Shown here piece by piece: positions 13,531-24,855 of a stretch of DNA of 64,000 nucleotides. Where the stretch lies: NCBI GenBank assembly GCA_030295235.1, contig AP026147.1, positions 434,001 through 498,000 on the forward strand. Reading direction: 5' to 3'. A program made the position numbers and the translations under genes. The notes beneath the pieces are model-generated. The model searched no databases. It was not told where the DNA came from and saw only the letters and a list, made by a program, of their open reading frames with translations. Each line of letters starts with the position of its first letter. Position 1 is the first letter of the stretch. Source of the stretch: Fistulifera solaris (taxonomy: Eukaryota).

Positions 13531-13638
13531 CTCGTCAGTCTACGTCCGCCCATTTTTTATTGCGTCGTTATTATTGTTGTCGTTGCTATCATAATATAGT
13601 GAACCCGTTAACATCTTCACAATAGAAGTACGATAAGT

Positions 13639-14253
13639 ATGCACCGATCTTTACAAAGGGGCGTACTCGTTGCATCACGAAGAAGTCGGCGAGCACTGGG
13701 CGGCGTGCGATGGCACGGCGGACCAAAGGTACCGAATGATGCACCGACCATCACGGTAACGTTTTTGCAACCCGACAAAACACGAAAAGAAGTTCAAGCC
13801 CGCGTGGGAGAATCACTTCTTCAAACAGCGCATCGAAATGAAATTGATTTAGAAGGAGCTTGTGAAGGCGGTGAGTCGATTTATATGATGATTCTAAGGC
13901 TCTTCGCGGCGTTCGCTGTCTCACTTTTTCGTTGCCCGCTAGTTTGTGCTTGCAGTACATGTCATTTAATCATGCCACAAGATCTCTATGATATTTTACC
14001 TGATCCATCGGAAGATGAAGAGGATATGTTAGAGTAAGTCTTAAGGAACATTGCACGCGTAGTTGTACCCTTCGAGTTCATCGCCTCGCTCACTTTTCGA
14101 TCGACATATCACAGTATGGCATTCGGGTTGACCGATACGTCAAGACTTGGTTGTCAGGTGATTGTCACCAAGGATATGGAAGGTACCGAGTTTAAAATGC
14201 CGGCCGCGACTAGGAACTTTTATGTGGACGGCCACAAACCGAAACCTCACTGA
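13639..14253 (+). CDS. FDX2: Mitochondrial [2Fe-2S] ferredoxin (adrenodoxin/Yah1-like)
   Basis: Arg-rich presequence. Spliced sequence (introns 13871-13942, 14034-14114) gives GACEGVCACSTCH...[20 protein letters not shown]...ATRNFYVDGHKPKPH*. Confidence 0.95.
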
Positions 14254-14296
14254 TTATTCAACAACAACAAAAAACGAAAACTAATGATTTATTTTC

Positions 14297-16523
14297 CTAT
14301 GCAACCTGCAACAAAAGCTCTTCCAATTCTTCCCACTCTTTTGTGTATTTTTCCACTGATGCTTCGAGGCTCTCCTTTTGCTTGGAAAGATCCATCAGCT
14401 TGCCCGTGTCACTTCCATTCTGTATCATTTCTGCTTCTAATGCTGCTATTTTGCCCTCCGTTTCCTCGATCATCTTTTCTAGCTTTGCGATACGTTTTGG
14501 TGCATTGAATGCCTGTTTTCGAAGTGCAGGATCCAGATCTGGCTTTTTCGTTTCTTTTACTTCCTGATGTATTGTTCTAGACGTCGCCGCTGCTTCCATG
14601 TCGTCGATAGCCCAGTCGCTATCACGAGCACCCCGCTGTTCGATGAAGAACTTTCCGTCCGCGACCGTGGCGACATGAGTGAACTCAATTTTGTCACAAA
14701 ACTCGCGATCGTGCGAGACCACCAATAATGCCCCTGTTTCCTCGCCCCAATCGCGAAGCGCATCGCCGAGTGCTTCAACACTTTTCAAGGATCGTTAGGC
14801 ACCATTCAACATCCAAGTGATTAGAAACCTCGTCCATGAGATTTACATTACTCGGCTTTAACGCGAACATGGCTAAAGCAACGCGTGCCTTTTCTCCTCC
14901 ACTCAAGTCGCCCAACTTTCGAAGCGATTTTTCGCCAACCAAGCCCAAGCCCCCATGACAGTACGAGCTTGTTGATCTGTGATCATTATGTTTCCTCCTT
15001 CGCCTCGGGCGTATTGCGTCACAATGTCGACCGCTCGCTGAGTAGGATCCAGCTCTTGGGCCAAGTCCTGGGTAAACATGCCAAGACGTAAGGTGTCGTT
15101 CTCAATACGCTCACCGCCAAGCAAAGGACAAGTTCCCCGTAATGTGTGCAAAACAGTTGACTTCCCTGAAGAACAAACAAACATGAGATTCCTTTTGATA
15201 TTGTTCCATCCATCTGCAATGTCTGTACGAACCTGCACCATTCGGACCCCGAATCAATAGCTTCATTCCTCTGGTAACTTCCAAGTTAACCCCACTAATC
15301 AACACCCTACCTTCGTGTCCTACCTTGGCATTCTTTAAAGTCAGCAGAGAATGACCAATGGATTTAGGAGGATCGGGCAGATTCAGTGAGGGTTTGAAAC
15401 GCTCGGTAATGATTTCTTCGGCGGGTGCATCCAATAAGCCTTCTCGTTCCATGCGCTCGATTTGTTTTACGCGAGATTGTGCAGCGGATGCTTTGGTCGC
15501 CGATGCTCCAAACCGATCCACAAAGGATTGCAGTTTGGCAGCCTTTTCCAAATTCCTTTCGTACGCATTCCTAGCAGCTTCCGCTCGTTCAGCTTTCAGT
15601 GCCAAATACTGATCGTAGGTGCATGATTTGTAAATTTGCAATTTTTTCGAGCTGACTTCCGCAATGTGATCCATTGATCGCAGCAGCTGAACATTGTGGG
15701 TCACGAGAATTAAGCTGCCTTTATCGTAGTTGGCAGGTATCGAGCCAGCCACTTGAGAGCGGCTGCATCCAAGTGATTGCTGGGTTCATCCATCAAACAA
15801 AAGGAAGGCTCACTGAGCAATAATTTTGCCAAAGCCACGCGCATTTGCCATCCACCCGATAACTCATCACACCTTTGTTCTAAATTCGAAAATCCCAATC
15901 CTTTCAATACCGAAGAAACTTTGGCTTCTTGTTGATAGCCACCCGCTGCTTCAAACCGCGTCGTCGCTACCTCTAATGCATCCATGTCCGCTTCTTCCAT
16001 GGCCTTTTCCATATCACGTTGTGCCTCCATAATGTCGGTCATTCCGGAACACGCTTCTTCGTAAATGGTGGTTTGGCTCCCCGCGACGGCCGTTTGTCGC
16101 AAATATCCCAATGTTTGAGTGTGTCCGATGGCCACTTTCCCATCAAAGGTTGCTTGACCGACAATGGCGCTCAATAAAGTGGATTTTCCTGCGCCATTTT
16201 GACCCACAAGCTACGAAAGGTAGGAATCGGTGGTGAGTAAGATGAATAGCTAAAGGTAAATTCCGTGCAAACGGACAACATCCATGCCACACGTACCGCC
16301 CATTTCGTATTCGGTTCTACTCTCCAGGAAATCTTGTTCAGTATTTCGTTCGGTCCTCGAAAGACGCTCACATCCTCCAGCAATAGAGCAGCACCACGAG
16401 CATCACCCTTGTTTTCGGCAAAATCATCGGCCACGGCGTTTAGGAACGATGGGGTTATCGTCGGCTGGGGGCTAAGGAACGCATCGGAGTGATACACAAA
16501 AGGAGCCACCATAACAGCCTCAT
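14297..16523 (-). CDS. ABC-F family ATPase (two NBDs, C-terminal coiled coil), probably plastid-targeted
   Basis: GQNGAGKST, LSGGWQMR and DEPSNHLD, an interdomain linker, a second GPNGAGKST / LSGGEKAR, and a Uup-like C-terminus. Contains introns and several indels. Confidence 0.9.
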
Positions 16524-16942
16524 GATATATAGAATGCTCGTTTCTCCGAGTTATACGGAGTTCTCACAAAACAATATTATTGTTTTTACTTTTCTTGTAG
16601 AATGATGACGGATGACGAAGAAGAAAAAGTGCAACGCGAAAAACGGATGGAGAATGCCGCGAAGTACACCCGAAAACTCACCGGTACCGATAAGTCGTTT
16701 TACAGATATTGCAATCTGGTGCTTATGCGATGACTTTTTGTGCCACACATAGCCCAAAACACGACTACCATCGCGGCGCGGGCATGAATCTGATTCATGG
16801 CGCGGGGGACGAGAATAATAAACGCGACGAAAACGACGCTCTGTTACTCTTCTTTACGAGCAAAAAGACACGACACAACGAATCAATAATATCAACAGAA
16901 TTGTTTCACCTTACATCTATTCATTTAAAACTAACAATTAAA

Positions 16943-17260
16943 ATGACACAAAAATACGACGACGTAGAGAACAAGGGCAAGAATGATGAGCCGGAAATCT
17001 TTGCAACGGCCGTCCCCGCCGCCCACAACGAACCTCCCATTCCAGCCGGACATGCTCGATTCTATTGCTCCAAATGCCACACCGTAAGTGCTTTAGGCGT
17101 GACAAATGTATGAATGTGTTGAAACGTCCGGGAACTTACGCTACGTTTCATCTTCCAGCCCTATGACCTTCCGGATAAAGCGACCTCGTGGCGTTGTGCG
17201 AACTGCATGACATTCAATTCGATCACTCGGGGGGAATGTGAATGGTGCACGATCATTTGA
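16943..17260 (+). CDS. 80-aa zinc-finger microprotein with C-terminal CaaX
   Basis: Exons 16943-17083 and 17159-17260 (intron GTAAGT...CCAG) give ...FYCSKCHTPYDLPDKATSWRCANCMTFNSITRGECEWCTII*. Confidence 0.75.
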
Positions 17261-17450
17261 AATGCGCACGGATGCACGGGTTCTCTTTGTCAATGCGATT
17301 GAGCGATGTGGATTTTAATTTTTTTTATAAGATTAGTAGAACAAGCGTTGACGCGTTCGTATTGCTTACTCGGTTTTATCTACATTCAAATTTCTATGCA
17401 TTAGCGCGTCCTACAAATGCTAGCTCATTGATTCCCCTCATCCTCACTTT

Positions 17451-18489
17451 TCACTGAATATGATAGTAGGACCTTTTCGGTATATGACTCATGTCACCGT
17501 TCCTCAAATACGATTTTCGAGTCACTTCGCTCTGGCCGGATTTGGGAATGATGTAAATTTGCTCAAATGCGGTTCCTACTTGCTGCGGATACGTATACAC
17601 GTAAGGAAATCGATCGGGATCGGTGTAAGCGTGTCGATCGTTGCGTTCTAACGTGGTGCGAGCGAGATGGACCGCAACACGCGCGAGAGCCGTGCTGAAA
17701 GCCACACCTTCGGGCGAATGATCGATGGCTTCGTAAGGGAGTGTCGTGTGTGGATAGGTCGCATACTCAAAGGCATTCTTTTCTGGATGATACTGTACAC
17801 CGTAGAAAGGAAGGTCACTGATGGGTTCAAGAGTCGAAACAAACGGTCGTCCCGTCTCGTCATGGTTGATCGATGTAATTTCCCAGACACTTTGCAGAGA
17901 CGGACTCGACCAGTACGTAGCAGGATGCAAGCCCAGATGATGATTGTTCAAAGTAGTATTGCGTGAAATGACCGTTTGGTAAATATCATCGTCGGAATAA
18001 AGAAAAGAGGTGCGGACGACTCCTTCCAAAGGCAGACTTTTGTTTTCCGCTTGATACCCCGCTTGTAGAATATCATCTCCTCCAATGAATCGCACTAAAT
18101 ACTCAAATCCCATGCAGGTACCCCATACTGGAAAGTAGTGACCCTCTTGATTGCTTTCAACGGCTTTGTTTAATAGATACTGTATGGCGTACGACATTTC
18201 GTCCGTCGCACCGCCCGGAATGAAGAGACCGTGAATTTGCTGAAACAGTTCATCCAATTCGACGTCATCCGTCAAATCATCTTGAATGGCAATCGATCGA
18301 GCCCCACCTGCCTCCAGCCATTTAACGTAGGAGGCGGCAATGTACAGATGATCGCCCTTGGCCGTTGGCTGGGCGAGAATGCCCATGACAGGGGGAGTGG
18401 GATGCATCCGAAGAGCCTTCGGAAAGGATGCCGAGGAAGCAGAGAAGAAGGGGTATTAATACACGAGAAATCATCCTTATTCTCGTCAT
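17451..18489 (-). CDS. GGH: Gamma-glutamyl hydrolase (peptidase C26), signal peptide
   Basis: YIAASYVKWLE, FPVWGTCMGFE (catalytic Cys) and GVQYHPEKNAFE. The signal peptide MTRIRMISRVLIPLLLCFLG is in the adjacent frame (indel near 18400). Confidence 0.93.
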
Positions 18490-19107
18490 CGTGAATATCC
18501 TCACAGTTGTATCGTCGCTTATTGTGTTTGTGGTGTTGGCATTTAAGACTTTCGCAGTTTTCGTTGTGGTGCAAGAAGTTTTTTCGAAGCGGACGTTTTT
18601 GGCCGAGGAGTCAAAAAGTCCTCATAGAAAGGAAACTGGTGTGGTCACACCGGTTAAAATTATGAAAAGGCCTTACAGATTAGAATCATCTATGGCGTAG
18701 TGAGTAGTCTGGCGTAGACTACAAAGTACAAGGTCGTTTATTGACTGTAAAAAGCCTGATGTTGATGGAGCAATTCTGATTTCACTTTTTGCGTTATGCG
18801 AAACGTGACAATGCTTTCCGTGTGCAAAAAGTAATATACACAAAGGCTTTATAGTCCTTTGTACCGTTTCCTTTTGACGTCAAGAAGGAACAACGCACGA
18901 CGAGCACGGACTGACACACTATAGTAGAAAAGAGTAGAAAAGAGCTGGCAATCTGCAACCACAGCTGGCTTCTGAAAGAATTCTGCCCCCTTTTGATTAT
19001 TATTTTAGATCCTTTCTCATTCTCATTGACATCAATGTTTGCAATGAACTTTACCGAAGAGAGAAACAACCATGCGAGATCAAATGCGTTACTTCATTTG
19101 ATCATAC

Positions 19108-20025
19108 ATGCTAGTCCATCGAACAACGACTCCCCGCGTCGCGGGAGGCCATCAGATGTCACTTTTGGATGCATCTTCGATCGCCGCTATTTTACAGTTA
19201 TCACCGTCAGAAATGCGCCATCATCGCCTACCCATGCCTTTGAAGCTATACTCCATTCTAAGCTCTGCATCACATGATGTGATTTCGTGGTTGCCGGATG
19301 GTCGCGGTTTTCAGATTCGCCACCCGGAACGGTTTGAACAAGAAATCTTATCTCATTATTTTGATTATGGCAATCAGAGCTATGTGACGTTCATTCGTCT
19401 TCTTGCTCTTTGGAACTTCAAGGCGGGATCGGATAACACTTATTGCCATGAGGTAAGCTGAGCCACTGTCTTTCGCCGTGTGATCAATATGAAGCCTCTA
19501 ACATCCGTCTAGTACTTAATGAGGGGATTTCCCGAGCTTTTGTGCTCAATGCATCTATCTGCTAATGACAGTGGATGTACAACAAGTACGGCTCTCAATC
19601 CTGGCAATCCCTCTCGTCCTCCTCTTCTTCCGATGGAGGAATTCGACTCGATGGAAACCTCAAGTTCACTTTGCCAGTTGCGATTGAAACCAACCCTCCA
19701 GCCGAGAATCGCCTTTGGTGGGACGCTATCCTTTGGCGACTCGCAGACTACGTTTGCGCCTCTGCATCAAGTCACGAAACAACACATTGTTCAAACATTG
19801 ACGATAGCAGCCCAGTTCTCTGCTGACCAAGAGCACCCCAAGCCAACCGTCGTTTCTCCGACCAGCATCTGCGCCGCTATGAGCGGTGAAGACTCCGCGT
19901 GTCGATCGCTGACTTCATCCCCACCTACGAAGAAAGCGCGATGGTTACCACCCTTGGGACCTGCCTCTCCGGACGAGCAGCCGCTTTTTCTCGGTCCCAG
20001 ACCAGGAACCAGGTCTGGAATATAG
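19108..20025 (+). CDS. HSF-type DNA-binding domain transcription factor
   Basis: PLKLYSIL...DVISWLPDGRGFQI...F...Y..FIRLLALWNF. Intron about 19453-19512, continuing YLMRGFPEL. Confidence 0.85.
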
Positions 20026-20243
20026 TTCGTGGTTCTCTACCAATCCTGAACTCTTTGCTACTCTTGCCGAGAGTAGCAATAAGTCTTAACTCTCTTTTAC
20101 CGACTTACAACATTGTTGAATCGGTATCATCTCTAACGCTACGCAATACGGAATCCACGGAAATTTTGGCCATAAAATACATGCTTACATCTATATTAAG
20201 ATTGTGAAGAAGATAACGATAGCTCTTAGCACTACGATCCGCA

Positions 20244-20804
20244 TTAACTGCGTTTTTTCTTCTGTTCCTCCATTTGTCGCTCGTGAATGTAAATTAAATG
20301 CCATCCGAAAGGCGTTTGTACCGGCCCGACGGCCTGCTCGACGGGTGTATTGGGGTCAAAACAGATCGCATCAAAGCGCGGTGTCATGTTCTGTGGTTTA
20401 AATTTCCCCAAATTACCTCCGTGTATTTTTGAAGGACACACGGAATGTGCTCGCGCATATTTGGCAAACGCGTGTGCATCACCTCCAATTTTCTGTTTCC
20501 ACTCCTCCAACTTTTGCTCCGCTTCGGGGTCCTTGTGCTCGAGCAGAATGTGCGAGGCCACCACATAGACCGGTTTGCTATAAAATACGAAAGCCAAGTA
20601 AAAGACGGACACGAAGATCAGCGCAAGAGTGACCGGTGTAAAAGGAAGAGTGGTGTTACCAATCACCAAATAGCGTGTGTACCACGGTCGTTTGAGCTTG
20701 CGGGCTTCTTTCGCCGTCTCTTGCGCCATGATGAGCACACAGCAAAGCGTGGACACGACAAAGAAACGCAGTGTCTTCTTTGAAAGCATTTGTGAAGTCA
20801 TCAT
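20244..20804 (-). CDS. Parvulin-type peptidyl-prolyl cis-trans isomerase with N-terminal hydrophobic segments
   Basis: ASHILL, FAKYARAHSVCPS...GGNLG, GPVQTPFGWHLI. Confidence 0.93.
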   Translation of the reverse strand: MMTSQMLSKKTLRFFVVSTLCCVLIMAQETAKEARKLKRPWYTRYLVIGNTTLPFTPVTLALIFVSVFYLAFVFYSKPVYVVASHILLEHKDPEAEQKLEEWKQKIGGDAHAFAKYARAHSVCPSKIHGGNLGKFKPQNMTPRFDAICFDPNTPVEQAVGPVQTPFGWHLIYIHERQMEEQKKKRS

Positions 20805-21255
20805 CGCAATAAAGCAAAGAAAGATTTGTTCAGTAAACCAGGTAATCGCAACATCAATGTTGCGGCTTTTTTCACTTTGGTTGGGTCTATTATTATTTTA
20901 CTCCGGTGGTTTTTATGTTAAGTGCCACATCATTCACTATAGGCTCAAAGTGTAGTTTCACGGGGAGCAGTAAAGATCCAATTACGGAAGACGACTATAA
21001 ATAGTTTTTTGATAAAATACTCCGTAAATACATGAATCTATGCAGAAGAACAACAACTAGTCTGCTTTGAAACAATAAGCAGGAATGTGTTTTTTTTATT
21101 CTGATGGCGTTGGCGATGCGATTCGTATGGATCACCGTAAGTCGAATGGCGAAAACAGGTGCGGGAAATTTCTAGGAGCCAGCTAGGTCTTTGGATTTCT
21201 GTGACAAATATGACCCAAACACTGGGATACGTAACGTTTCCCTTTACAAACCATG

Positions 21256-22437
21256 GTGTGAACCAAAACACCGATGGTCCAGAACTTCTGGACCAGTCGC
21301 AGAATTTCTGTGTGACCAAGAACTATTCCAGATTATTGGGAACGTGCAAAGACCTCATCGAATACGTAAAGCATCGATTTCAGAATTTCTGGAACCACCA
21401 AGGATCCTCGGTATGACCCAAAACACCGATGGTCCAGAATTTCTCGACCAGTCGCAGAATTTCTGTGTGACCAAGAGCTATTCCAGATTTTCTGGAATCT
21501 GCTCAGAATTTCTGTAGGACCAAAATCAACGATTCCAGATTATTGGGAACGTGCAAACACCTCATCGAATATGTAACGCATCGATTTCAGAATTTCTGGA
21601 ACCACCAAAGATCCTCAGTGTGAACCAAAACACCGATGGTCCAGAATTACTGGACCAGTCGCAGAATTTCTGTGTGGCCAAGAACTATTCCAGATTTTCT
21701 GGAATCTGCTCAGAATTTCTGTAGGCCTGTAGGACCAAAATCAACGATTCCAGATTATTGGGAACGTGCAAAGACCTCATCGAATATGTAATGCATCGAT
21801 TTCAGAATTTCTGGAACCTCCAAAGATCCTCAGTGTGAACCAAAACACCGATGGTCCAGAATTTCTGGACCAGTCGCAGAATTTCTGTGTGGCCAAGAAC
21901 TATTCCAGATTTTCTGGAATCTGCTCAGAATTTCTGTAGGCCTGTAGGACCAAAATCAACGATTCCAGATTATTGGGAACGTGCAAAGACCTCATCGAAT
22001 ATGTAACGCATCGATTTCAGAATTTCTGGAACCTCCAAAGATCCTCAGTGTGAACCAAAACACCGATGGTCCAGAATTACTGGACCAGTCGCAGAATTTC
22101 TGTGTGACCAAGAACTATTCCAGATTTTCTGGAATCTGCTCAGAATTTCTGTAGGACCAAAATCAACGATTCCAGATTATTGGGAACGTGCAAAGACCTC
22201 AACGAGTACGTAACGCATCGATTTCAGAATTTCTGGAACCACCAAAGATCCTCAGTGTGAACCAAAACACCGATGGTCCAGAATTACTGGACCAGTCGCA
22301 GAATTTCTGTGTGGCCAAGAACTATTCCAGATTTTCTGGAATCTGCTCAGAATTTCTGTAGGCCTGTAGGACCAAAATCAACGATTCCAGATTATTGGGA
22401 ACGTGCAAAGACCTCATCGAATACGTAATGCATCGAT
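21256..22437. repeat. Tandem array, about 6 units (155, 207, 215, 215, 207 and a partial unit), palindrome-rich
   Basis: Units start at 21256, 21411, 21618, 21833, 22048 and 22255. The 215 and 207 bp units differ by an 8-bp duplication (CTGTAGGC). Confidence 0.95.
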
Positions 22438-22724
22438 CCCATCTTGTGGCTTCACGTACCCGAAAATCTGGAAACGTTATGTTTTCACAAAAACTTTCCG
22501 CCTCTCACGACGGCGGGCTCCACAATTTAATTTCGATATCTCTCAATCTCATTACCCATTATTGTAGCTTAACCATCACTAGCAACGATGCATGATTTGC
22601 GTCTGTTTGAAGTATAGTTCCATAGTAAGCGAATTGACTGGGAGACCAAATATGGTGGGGTTTCTGGATATAGTCAGATAATGACAATATCACGCGTTCG
22701 AATATTCTTTTCGGAGCCGCTTGT

Positions 22725-23747
22725 TTGTATTGTTGTGCAGGGCTTCAGCTACAACTTACGAGACGAGAAATAGGAGTGTTATCGGTGTTAACGGTGCCGC
22801 CTTTACTGTTATCTAGCCAACCGGTGTCGGTAACATTTCCTCTACAATATCTTCCTATCGGTAATTGCTGGGCGTTGAGGGTTTCCATCGCCGACGATGC
22901 GATGAATGGCTTCACTTATCTAGCTATTGTCGATACAGGATCACCTTTCCTGACCGCTCCCGCTCGGAGTTTACAGTTGACGGATTCTACCCGATTTCCG
23001 AGCTCCTACGAGCAATATGGTGAACTGTCCGGGAAGATGGAATGGAGAAAGGCAAATTATGTAACACTCATCGCCGAACAAAATGCCCTTGTTGATCAAA
23101 GAAACGTTGTTTTAGGTGTTCCCTCGGATGAAGTTGTAAAACAGACGGGGGGAATATTTGCTGGATTGATATGGAAGGATGACAATCGACCGTCCTTTCT
23201 ACAGCAATTGGGTTTCATGGCTGTGCGCATGGACTTTGTCAACAATCAATTGACTCTTTCTCGACAACCTTTGTTGAGTCTCAATGACCCAGCAAGCTGT
23301 CCTTTGTACAACTTGCGTCCGTTCGGGCCTGATTTATACCATTATGCCGTATTGTGCGATGTGTTGGAACTCCAGTTTATCGACAATGATGACGATACCC
23401 TTATTCGAACACTTACATGGGACCGAACTATGGTTAAAAGACCCATAGTTGCTGTTTTGGATACTGGACTGACGGGGTGTATTCTATCGGACTCGTTCCA
23501 GACAGAGAATGGTGTTCCTTTGCCGGAACGGATTCTGGGTGCTAGCGTTACAATTCAAAGCATAAACGGCGAACCTATTCGTTTCAAAAGCTGTAATCAG
23601 CATTGGCAACTCTCCTCGTTCCGCCTACCTTGGTTCTACGATGACGACAATCACCCTCATATCATCGCCATGGGAAATACTTTCTGGCAAAATACGAAGT
23701 CACTTACGATCGATCCCAGCATAAGTAGGTTCAAGGTGGAAGTTTAG
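22725..23747 (+). CDS. Two-lobed aspartic-protease-like protein (start uncertain)
   Basis: AIVDTGSP and AVLDTGLT catalytic-type motifs, with an IAMGNTFW flap-like motif. Confidence 0.7.
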   Translation: MYCCAGLQLQLTRREIGVLSVLTVPPLLLSSQPVSVTFPLQYLPIGNCWALRVSIADDAMNGFTYLAIVDTGSPFLTAPARSLQLTDSTRFPSSYEQYGELSGKMEWRKANYVTLIAEQNALVDQRNVVLGVPSDEVVKQTGGIFAGLIWKDDNRPSFLQQLGFMAVRMDFVNNQLTLSRQPLLSLNDPASCPLYNLRPFGPDLYHYAVLCDVLELQFIDNDDDTLIRTLTWDRTMVKRPIVAVLDTGLTGCILSDSFQTENGVPLPERILGASVTIQSINGEPIRFKSCNQHWQLSSFRLPWFYDDDNHPHIIAMGNTFWQNTKSLTIDPSISRFKVEV

Positions 23748-24100
23748 AAGTTATTGATCTAATTTCAAGCTTGATTTGTGCTCTAAAGTATTTACAGAGG
23801 CAACGTTCTTTTGACTGGTCTAGAGAAGTAGAATAGTTATTTCGTATTCTCCTTAGTCCCTCTAGAGTTTGTGTTAGTCACTGTGCGGTACTCATTCAGT
23901 ACCGCTTCAGTACCGTTAAGAAGGTTTGTACTATCAAGACAGATGAAAGGAATATTCAAAAAGATCGCTTCGCGTTTATTCCGCCCTTTCCATTTCCATC
24001 TTCCAATGGCGAATGGTCGTGAAAGGTGTCACGAAATGCAAGTTGCATATTTCTTGGAAGCATACAAGTTGAGAAGAGATTTGTCGTTTGCCACTCTAGA

Positions 24101-24565
24101 ATGATCGGTGTAGTCTTCAAAAACTCGGTTGCGTCTGCGCCGGCACGGTTCTGTTCAACATCCCGTCGTTTCACGGCCCCGACGACATCGGCAGTTTTGA
24201 AAGAATCGCCCCCAACAGTCAAGGAAAACTTCGCGGAATACTGGAGTATATTCGGGGCATTGGCAGGAATGGCTGTTAATCTATCGTCTGTCTGTAATCA
24301 ACGACCCGATGAAGCTTCTATCACAATGTCTCGTGATTTATGTGTCGTGGGCACCGGCCTGATCATTTGGAGTTACAGAATCGCTCCGACGAATATCGGT
24401 CTCGTTGGCTGCCATGTATTCAATGTAATAACACAGCTGAACCTTCTTCGACATAGATTGCAACATAGACATGACAATCGAATCCGCATACTGCAGCCCA
24501 ACTGCACTCGACAGCGACGAAAGGGCGAAATCGATCCTAGCCGTCGTCATCGACATCAATCATAA
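24101..24565 (+). CDS. Mitochondrial pyruvate carrier-like protein (divergent)
   Basis: Presequence-like N-terminus. YWS..GA....S..M...LC......WSYRIAPTN..L..CH..N...QL follows the MPC pattern. Confidence 0.7.
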   Translation: MIGVVFKNSVASAPARFCSTSRRFTAPTTSAVLKESPPTVKENFAEYWSIFGALAGMAVNLSSVCNQRPDEASITMSRDLCVVGTGLIIWSYRIAPTNIGLVGCHVFNVITQLNLLRHRLQHRHDNRIRILQPNCTRQRRKGEIDPSRRHRHQS

Positions 24566-24855
24566 TGAAAATAGAACAATATTTACAGGTTGATTAACTG
24601 TAAAGCGCTTTAGAATATAAACGGCTTACTAATACAGTTGTGTATGCTGGTTGCTACGCTTGTAAAAGCGGTCGAGTAAATTCTTCAAGCCGAGTCGCTA
24701 CTGAAGTTTCACCATAATGAGCCATCAGAATCATTATCGGGTATTGAGGCGGCTGTAACTGACAAGACTGCCGGATACGTCGAAGAGCAATGAACTCACT
24801 TTGACGAAGAGAAGTTATGACGCGTGAGACATGTCCCCAGACATCTTTTCGCGAG

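Noticed and set aside
21480..22340. Heat-shock elements in the satellite serving the nearby HSF gene
   Set aside because: Only isolated TTCnnGAA pairs are present. The GAA-T-TTC spacing does not fit nGAAnnTTCn and there are no triple units.
21256..22437. CRISPR-like array (palindromic repeats)
   Set aside because: The intervening sequences are repeated rather than unique spacers, there are no cas genes, and the context is eukaryotic.
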